DNA of 49,532 nucleotides from Verrucomicrobiia bacterium (lineage in GTDB: Bacteria; Verrucomicrobiota; Verrucomicrobiia; Palsa-1439), in contig JBEKLX010000003.1 of NCBI GenBank assembly GCA_050008795.1, positions 1-49,532 of the forward strand, in the 5' to 3' direction. The notes under the pieces were generated by a model. The model saw nothing but the letters and a program-made list of their open reading frames with translations, did no database searches and had not been told where the DNA came from. A program made the position numbers and the translations under genes. Positions 47,942 to 49,532 of this stretch are shown one piece after another. How positions within the stretch are numbered: the first letter of the stretch is position 1; the number at the start of each line of letters is the position of its first letter.

Positions 47942-48763
47942 ATGGCCACCCGTATTCAACAAGCCAAGCTTGCCGCGAAGCATTCGGGGCTTGCCGCGCG
48001 CAGGTGGCTTGCCGTGTGGAGCGCAGCCGTCGCACTTTGTTGCGGTTGCGATCGGTCTGCGCCCACGACGCAAGTGTCGGCACCCGATCCCGAACGCATG
48101 TCGGAGTATCTCCAAGCGCGACGGTTGTATGATCTTCATGAATTCAAGGCATCTGCGCAGCAATATGAGAAACTGCTCGCCATGAATCCTGATTTCGCCA
48201 AGGGACACTTCGAGGTAGCGCTGCTTTACGACGACAAACTCGCCGACCCGATTGCGGCGGTCTATCACTACCGGCGCTTCCTCGAGTTGGAGCCGGACTC
48301 GGAAAAGCGGCAGTTGGTTGAGGATTTCATCGAGCGGGCAAAGGTGTCGCTCGTGGCAAAGTTGCCGCAGTCGGCGGTCACAGATCCTGCGGAGGTGACG
48401 CGGTTGCGCGATCAGAACATGACGCTGGCGCATGAGAACGAGATGTTGAGGGCGCGAATTACCAACTTGGAGAATGCAGGCACTGCCGCGAGTGCACGGA
48501 CACAGGCTGTGACCGCAACAGAAGTGGAGCAGGTCGCCCCGCCGATGCCGCCTCCAACCAATATCGTTGTTACGCCGCCTCCCTCGAACACCGTCGAGAC
48601 GCCGTCCCGCGCACACGTTGTGCAGAAAGGTGACACGCTGCAGGCCATTGCCCTGAAGTATTATGGGACACGGTCGGCGTGGACCAAGATTTACGAGGCG
48701 AACAAAGGTGCATTGCCGAACAAGGACCAGATCAAGGTCGGCCAGCAATTGGTGATTCCGTGA
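47942..48763 (+). CDS. TPR + coiled-coil + LysM lipoprotein
   Basis: lipobox-like CCGC, TPR helices, C-terminal HVVQKGDTL..IA.KYYG....W..IY.AN...L.IP; start uncertain. Confidence 0.85.
   Translation: MATRIQQAKLAAKHSGLAARRWLAVWSAAVALCCGCDRSAPTTQVSAPDPERMSEYLQARRLYDLHEFKASAQQYEKLLAMNPDFAKGHFEVALLYDDKLADPIAAVYHYRRFLELEPDSEKRQLVEDFIERAKVSLVAKLPQSAVTDPAEVTRLRDQNMTLAHENEMLRARITNLENAGTAASARTQAVTATEVEQVAPPMPPPTNIVVTPPPSNTVETPSRAHVVQKGDTLQAIALKYYGTRSAWTKIYEANKGALPNKDQIKVGQQLVIP
47968..47998. repeat. CCCCGA-family hairpin with flanking duplication at the LysM gene N-terminus
   Basis: gcttgccgcg-aagcattcggg-gcttgccgcg; direct repeat 21 nt apart. Confidence 0.55.
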
Positions 48764-48881
48764 CGCAGGCTGTGACGTCATATCCACCTAACGCGCCTTG
48801 GAAACCCAGCACCAGCAGCAGGAATAGACTTTACTTCACGACTTTTTTTTGTATTCTCGCGCCAATAAGGAGGTTGTTTGG

Positions 48882-49484
48882 ATGAATGAGGGGGAAACGA
48901 ACACCACCGCTTTGCCGCCTGCCGACCGACTCACACCGAAAGAAGAAGTCGATTTAAAACTGAATGCGGCGCAGGGTGAACTGCTTGCGTTACATCGTCA
49001 ACAGGAGGAGTTGGAACGACAGAAGAGCGAACTGGAAGAACTGCGGCGCAAACAGGATGAATACACCCGTGGACGAACCGAGTTGATCGAGGACTTGACG
49101 CGCGGTCTGGCGGCGGTGGAACGTCAGCAACTCGGATCACAGCGGTTGGCCGAGCTTTGCGGTCGCACCCGCGAATCGTTTCGCGATTGCCTCGAACAAG
49201 TTCAGAACCTCAACGACGCGGAATGGACCGGCGCCAACCTGCATATCGAACTGAACCGTGCCTTGGGGATCCTTGAGAACGCGCGCCTTGAGTTGAACCG
49301 CGCGCGCGTCAAACTGGATTGTTTGAATCCGTCCGTAGACGACCAGCTAGCGGCAGGTTCCAAAGCGAAACTGCTGAGCCGCGCAGAAATGTGGCGGTAT
49401 GTGCTGATTGGCGCGGCAGTGTCGGCGCCGCTAATCGTCGCGGGCACGATCTGGCTGATCGTTCTTCTGGTCGCGCGGCGGTGA
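48882..49484 (+). CDS. coiled-coil protein with a C-terminal TM anchor
   Basis: AAGGAGG RBS, heptad-rich E/L/R/Q body, C-terminal hydrophobic helix. Confidence 0.75.
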   Translation: MNEGETNTTALPPADRLTPKEEVDLKLNAAQGELLALHRQQEELERQKSELEELRRKQDEYTRGRTELIEDLTRGLAAVERQQLGSQRLAELCGRTRESFRDCLEQVQNLNDAEWTGANLHIELNRALGILENARLELNRARVKLDCLNPSVDDQLAAGSKAKLLSRAEMWRYVLIGAAVSAPLIVAGTIWLIVLLVARR

Positions 49485-49532
49485 GGAAACGATCATGGCT
49501 GTCTGGCGCAAACAAACTTTGCCAGTTGACCG

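Noticed and set aside
49481-49532. Start of a further + strand gene
   Set aside because: Too short at the window edge to assign frame or product

Overview
Mostly core chromosome of a GC-rich bacterium; the gene set and style suggest Verrucomicrobiota/PVC (inference). In order: NarL-type regulator with a small unknown/DUF2934/ACT cluster; hrpB divergent from a GIY-YIG nuclease; HMGL-like aldolase-hss-ornithine decarboxylase; tRNA-Arg(ACG); animal-type transketolase; aat; frameshifted queA; terC; LysR-gltB-(membrane spermidine-synthase-like)-gltD; TRL-like lipoprotein; rplU-rpmA; trpD; hybrid kinase; accCB; O-antigen-ligase-like; holB-tmk; marC; PAP2/ArnT; dctA-tarD; LysM lipoprotein. I found no intact transposase, integrase, prophage or CRISPR array. 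The most striking signals lie below gene level. (1) Several families of short palindromic or tandem repeats are inserted in frame into protein genes (hrpB x2, aat x2, queA x2, TPR membrane protein, O-antigen-ligase-like x2, LysM protein). One CCCCGA-loop-TCGGGG family carries short flanking duplications and adds 24/24/21 nt in genes but 22 nt between genes. (2) The TRL-like lipoprotein gene is enclosed by a perfect 15-bp inverted repeat beginning just after its predicted transcription start (panhandle mRNA or invertible ORF). (3) There is a solo integron-cassette-like gene with a decayed attC, plus several gene-replacement scars. All homology calls are from motif recognition, not database searches.
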